A stretch of DNA of 64,000 nucleotides from Orbicella franksi (lineage: Eukaryota), in assembly GCA_964199315.1 (NCBI GenBank), contig OZ116698.1, positions 16,926,001 through 16,990,000 on the forward strand, given 5' to 3'. This document shows, in pieces, positions 60,301 through 64,000 of this stretch. Positions within the stretch are counted from its first letter, which is position 1, and each line of letters starts with the position of its first letter. The notes beneath the pieces are model-generated. The model did not search any database, had not been told where the DNA came from, and was given only the letters and a program-made list of their open reading frames with translations. A program made the position numbers and the translations under genes.

Positions 60301-63300
60301 TCAGTGTGACTGTAATTCACATATCAGGTTCTATTATACATAGTAGTCATCTCCACGAACAGTGTGTAATCCATCGCTGTTTAACAAATTGGAGAGTAAT
60401 ATTGTTTCTATCCGTTCTTTAACTGTTTTACGACGAGTCGTCCGTGAGACAGCTCTTTCTCTCCCTCACACTCTATATTTGGATTCTTGTACTTACTGGA
60501 GGTCCAGGCTTTCCTGGTAAACCCACAGGTCCGGCAGGCCCGGGGGGACCCTGGAGAGTAAAATGAAATGAACATTTTTCAGTACAACGATTTCAACCAC
60601 TCTAATGTAATTATTTCACGTTTTGTATTTAGCTAATAGCTAAATTTTCTTTAACTTGACAGACTGACTGTCGAGCAAGAGCGGGAAAACGAGCGAAAAA
60701 AAAGTCGTCACGAGAAAAAGGTTCCCTCTCTCCCATTTTCCGCCTGCCCATTTCTTGAACTCTCATTTTTCGCTTGAAAACTTGTAGTGTAAGCAGAGCA
60801 TGCTGATGAGTCTGCAACTATAATTGCTGATTATTTTAAAGGCACCTACAAAGGCCATTGCATCATAAGTGTCTCTAAAGCAACAGTATAAAGTTTGCAT
60901 AAATATACGGACCAACAAGTACATTCAAGTCCCAATTATGACATACAAGCTTCTCAGCGTTGCGGGGCGATTTGCTATTCTTATAACACCACCTGGGAGA
61001 TTTAAATCATATATACAACTTGTCTGGTGTTTAAAGACCTCAATTCTCACAATCACCATGCTTGACTAACTACCATATATTCTAATGAGAAATTCTATTT
61101 TGATCTTTCAAGATGTTACCTTGGGTCCTTGTTCGCCTTTCTTTCCAGGGATTCCCGCGGCTCCTTGTGCACCCTGAAAAACACATTGATAATTTGAAGA
61201 AGGACTGGAGAACCACACTGCCTGATTAAATATGATCTGTCATCTTCACCGTACAAAACTGTTTCATCAAAGCGACATAAGGGGCGAATTGTGGCATTGA
61301 AATGAATACGCAAGTAAGAAACATAATACATTCGAACCGTGGGTGAAAGATTTTATGCATGAAAGACAATCGCAGTCATGTTTGGTAGTGGTGATAATAA
61401 ATCCTGAAAAAACATTCGGGCTTGCCCGATATTCGAACTCAAGGTCTCCACGACACCGGTGCAATGCCCTACCAGCTGAGCTGTCAGGCAAATGGATGAC
61501 TACTGTCGCAGTCTAAGGACGTTTAACAATATTGGTTATGTGTTAGCTAAGTTATTTAACGAATTTCTTTCTGAACTTATCAAGTTGATGGCGTCATAAT
61601 CTACTTTAACTTCACCAAAGCTACTAAAGTTACTACACATCTAGCTGTTGCTGGCAGAACAGGTTTAATATCTCACGCGGTGTTTTTCAAGAGGCAGTGC
61701 TGATAAATTCTGTGTCATACCTTCTCTCCCTCCTCTCCTGGGGGCCCGGGCGGCCCATCCTCACCAGGGCTACCCTATCAAACAAAACAGAGACGTGTTT
61801 GTTTACAATTACTTCCATTGTGTTGCATGGCGCTTCGCTGCAATGAGCACTTCTTTTGCTAGAAACACGTAACCTGTTATTCTTATATGTTTGTTACATA
61901 ACACCTCCATTACCAATCAGGGAGAGTTTAACAAAATGTTCAAGTCACCTTTTGCCTTGAGGGTATTACCCAACTGAAATTTTACCAACATCATGCCAGA
62001 TTAAACTTGTCTATATCCCACCAAATAGCATTTCTCGAGTCATCACTTCACTCTGACTTTCGTAGTTCGAAGTGAATGGAATTTTTGCAACTACCTCTAG
62101 AAGAGATGCTCATTCATGATTTTGATACGATCCCCTTGTCAAGTCACACAACAAAATCATATCACGCGTAAGTTTGGAGGAGGAGGAGATTTTCCCTCGC
62201 ATTGGCTAAATGGTTTTAACCCAGTACACTCAGATCATGAGTAAAGCAAATTGTTTGTACAAGTCTTCTTATTAGACTACTGCCAAAGTTTAACCCAATA
62301 TATTTAAAGCAGCTATCAACCTTTTACTTTTTACAACGTCACTCTAACTCAGTGGTAACTCATTGTGGCAAATAAAAACGTCTAAGTATTACTATCTATC
62401 TAACGATGTCTAAACGTTTCGCTGATGTTAATGGAAACAACAGTGATACAACTGAGCACAACAATTGCCATGACTTACGGCAAGACCAGATTTTCCCTCG
62501 GGTCCAGGCTCTCCGCGGGCTCCTTCTTCTCCCTAACAACAATATGCAAATAAAATTCACAAAATGGAAATATATTTAAGCTATAATCATCAATTTTTCC
62601 TGTAAGCATGTCCACCCTGTCTTTGTTTCTCGAGACGCTTTGACATCAAGAGGCTAGTTCTTCTTCCTAGTTTATTTTCGTCTTTGCATACTAGCGAGCG
62701 TTCGTCTTTTACAAACAAAACAAGTCATCTTCCCAAGCTGTGATGTGCGCATGCTCACTCACCCTACTACCTTTCTCTCCCGGTGCTCCTTGAGGCCCTT
62801 GGCGACCTGGCCGTCCCTGAAAACAGAAGGAAGTTAGCTTTCAATCTCTGTTTGTATAAACACCTATTCTCTGATAACTCAAACATGAGGAAATCACTGA
62901 AAATACTCTACATGAGGTACTTACCGCAGGGCCCTGGGGCCCTGGTTGTCCGGGAGGCCCACGCATTCCTTGAGGACCCTAACAATATGGAAGAATAAAT
63001 TTGTTTAAATGTTTAAAATGTGGAGCAATTATTGAGAAAAGATTCAACAAACTGCAGTTTCATGCTTGTCTTACCTGTCCGCCGGGAAGGCCAATTGGTC
63101 CTTCTACTCCCTTGGGTCCTGGGGCGCCCTAAGGATTCAAGAAAATGGTCCTGAGGAAAAGCCCTTACTCAGGGGGTCACCATGTCACAACTGTTATATT
63201 GACATCGGCAAGGATATCACATAAAGTTTTTCGCTCTGATAGACCTTCCAAGCGAAAATTACATCAAAACTTTTAATAATGGAAGTAACGGCATATTAGT

Positions 63301-63986
63301 TTACAAAACATAACCAATTTTGCAGCTAGATAAGATTTATTTTTACCAGCAATTCCAAACTGGGTTTTCAAGACAGACCAAGTTCCTCTCTAACGGAATG
63401 TTGATACATTTTGATTTAGTGTAGTCTCGGAACGGACAGTAGTTGATAGTTTTGGTTATGGTTCGCGGAATCGTGGTGTTGTTGTGAGTGAAAAGCCTAA
63501 CCTTTCGTTACATTTACCTCAGCGTATGCAAAGAAGATCTTCAACAAGATGAAGAGAACGGGAACATCAGGGAATGAAATACCTGTACAGCCAGTGACAA
63601 TGTTCTACAAGGTCCCTTGTCAAACCTGTAGTCGACCACTAATATTGGGAAACATTTGAGAATCACGATGACAAAATACTGGTGAAAGTGTTCTCACTTA
63701 CTGGCGGTCCCATCGCACCTTTCGGTCCTGGTGTTCCTGGTTGACCCTGAATAAAATCACAAAAAAAAAATTGTCTTGAGTACATAAAGACACATATTCA
63801 GATCAGGAGAAGATCGTTGGACTTATCAGATCACATTTAGAATAATGGAAAAGTTTTAGACCCTTTCAAAGCAAAAAAAAAAAAAATCCTACAGAGCATA
63901 CAAGATGGAAAGATAACGGCATTAGTTCAAAACTTACTTACCGCTGCTCCGTCCTTGCCATCTGCACCTGGTTTACCAGGCTCACC
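44315..63986 (-). CDS. Fibrillar collagen alpha chain, clade-B (type V/XI)-like; 3' part only, gene continues beyond the window end
   Basis: Phase-0 Gly-X-Y exons: 63942-63986, 63702-63746, 63075-63128, 62925-62978, 62763-62816, 62479-62532, 61721-61774, 61120-61173, 60497-60550, 59196-59303, 58877-58930, 58558-58611, 57786-57839, 57627-57680, 56865-56918, 56231-56284, 56106-56159, 55849-55902, 55395-55448, 55263-55316, 54595-54648, 54137-54190, 53719-53772, 53475-53528, 52780-52833, 52127-52180, 51552-51605, 51139-51156, 50826-50843, 50685-50702, 50007-50024, 48959-48976. Sizes are 2x45, 24x54, 1x108 and 5x18 nt, giving 175 uninterrupted triplets. C-propeptide exons follow. Confidence 0.95.
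44680..44812. repeat. GACT/GACC/GGAC microsatellite in the last collagen intron
   Basis: Directly visible tandem tetramers. Confidence 0.85.
45511..45764. mobile_element. MITE with GGGC..GTTGTTC / GAACAAC..GCCC TIRs (PIF/Harbinger-like)
   Basis: Terminal inverted repeats visible. A related degenerate piece lies at about 19000-19240. Confidence 0.6.
46030..46090. repeat. (AAAT)n microsatellite
   Basis: Directly visible. Confidence 0.9.
48491..48696. repeat. ~50-bp tandem repeat x4 rich in CCAAT boxes
   Basis: Unit gtactctaaccaatcagagag(aag)atga.atttgttcagccaatcaaatggat. Confidence 0.85.
49554..49797. mobile_element. TA-flanked MITE with ~42-bp TIRs
   Basis: aggcccaggtgaaacgtcgaacttcacatgagacgaactaaa / tttagttcgtctcatgtgaaggtcgacgtttgacctgggtct. 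Confidence 0.8.
53067..53332. mobile_element. Degenerate MITE (gctgg..tttccatatgatc family)
   Basis: Left gctggttcagtttccatatgat, right atcacatagaaaccagc, with an internal repeat of tttccatatgat. Confidence 0.5.
54722..54834. mobile_element. 113-bp palindromic element in a collagen intron
   Basis: gcggggtatacggcgaaagaaattgg / ccaattttttgccgtataccccgt. Confidence 0.7.
59373..59965. mobile_element. Non-autonomous TTAA-targeting DNA transposon (Kolobok-like)
   Basis: TTAA-GGTGATTCC ... GGAATCACC-TTAA. A second TCACC-TTAA end at 59811-59819. Confidence 0.65.
61320..61490 (-). mobile_element. tRNA-derived SINE-like repeat (Pol III A and B boxes)
   Basis: Minus strand: gcctgacAGCTCAGCTGGTAG...gaGTTCGAATatcgggcaagcc, followed by a T-run and a non-tRNA tail. 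No intact acceptor stem. Confidence 0.7.
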
Positions 63987-64000
63987 CTGTTGAGAAAAGT

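Noticed and set aside
61410-61490. Functional tRNA gene
   Set aside because: A and B boxes are present, but the acceptor and T stems do not pair properly and it continues into a SINE-like body.
63500-63660. Protein-like 50-codon plus-strand frame ([14 protein letters not shown]...) and a 65-nt exon-like segment on the minus strand
   Set aside because: No start codon context or partner exon and no recognisable family. The minus-strand segment has an in-frame stop. Insufficient evidence.

Overview
Eukaryotic, AT-rich, intron-rich genomic DNA. The repeat families, short GT-AG introns and gene content suggest a cnidarian, probably a stony coral (inference). Supported genes: (1) a complete 15-exon MFSD5 (molybdate-anion transporter family) gene on the minus strand, 18650-34612, about 440 aa; (2) a divergently oriented single-exon promethin/LDAF1-like lipid-droplet protein, 36965-37489 (+); (3) a small signal-peptide plus sushi/CCP-domain gene or pseudogene on the minus strand, about 39.5-41.8 kb; (4) the 3' part of a fibrillar collagen gene on the minus strand, 44315 to beyond 64000, with 32 triple-helix exons (five only 18 nt), a furin site and a COLFI domain, resembling clade B (type V/XI). 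A full-length but inactivated 4.6-kb Ty3/Gypsy LTR retrotransposon (26424-31018) sits inside a tRNA-derived SINE inside MFSD5 intron 4, and most of its damage looks like CpG deamination. The first 18 kb holds MITEs, satellites, a diverged inverted duplication and a weakly supported orphan gene candidate. No CRISPR array, rRNA or convincing tRNA gene was seen. Exon models were built by hand from splice signals and reading-frame continuity, and no database searches were run.
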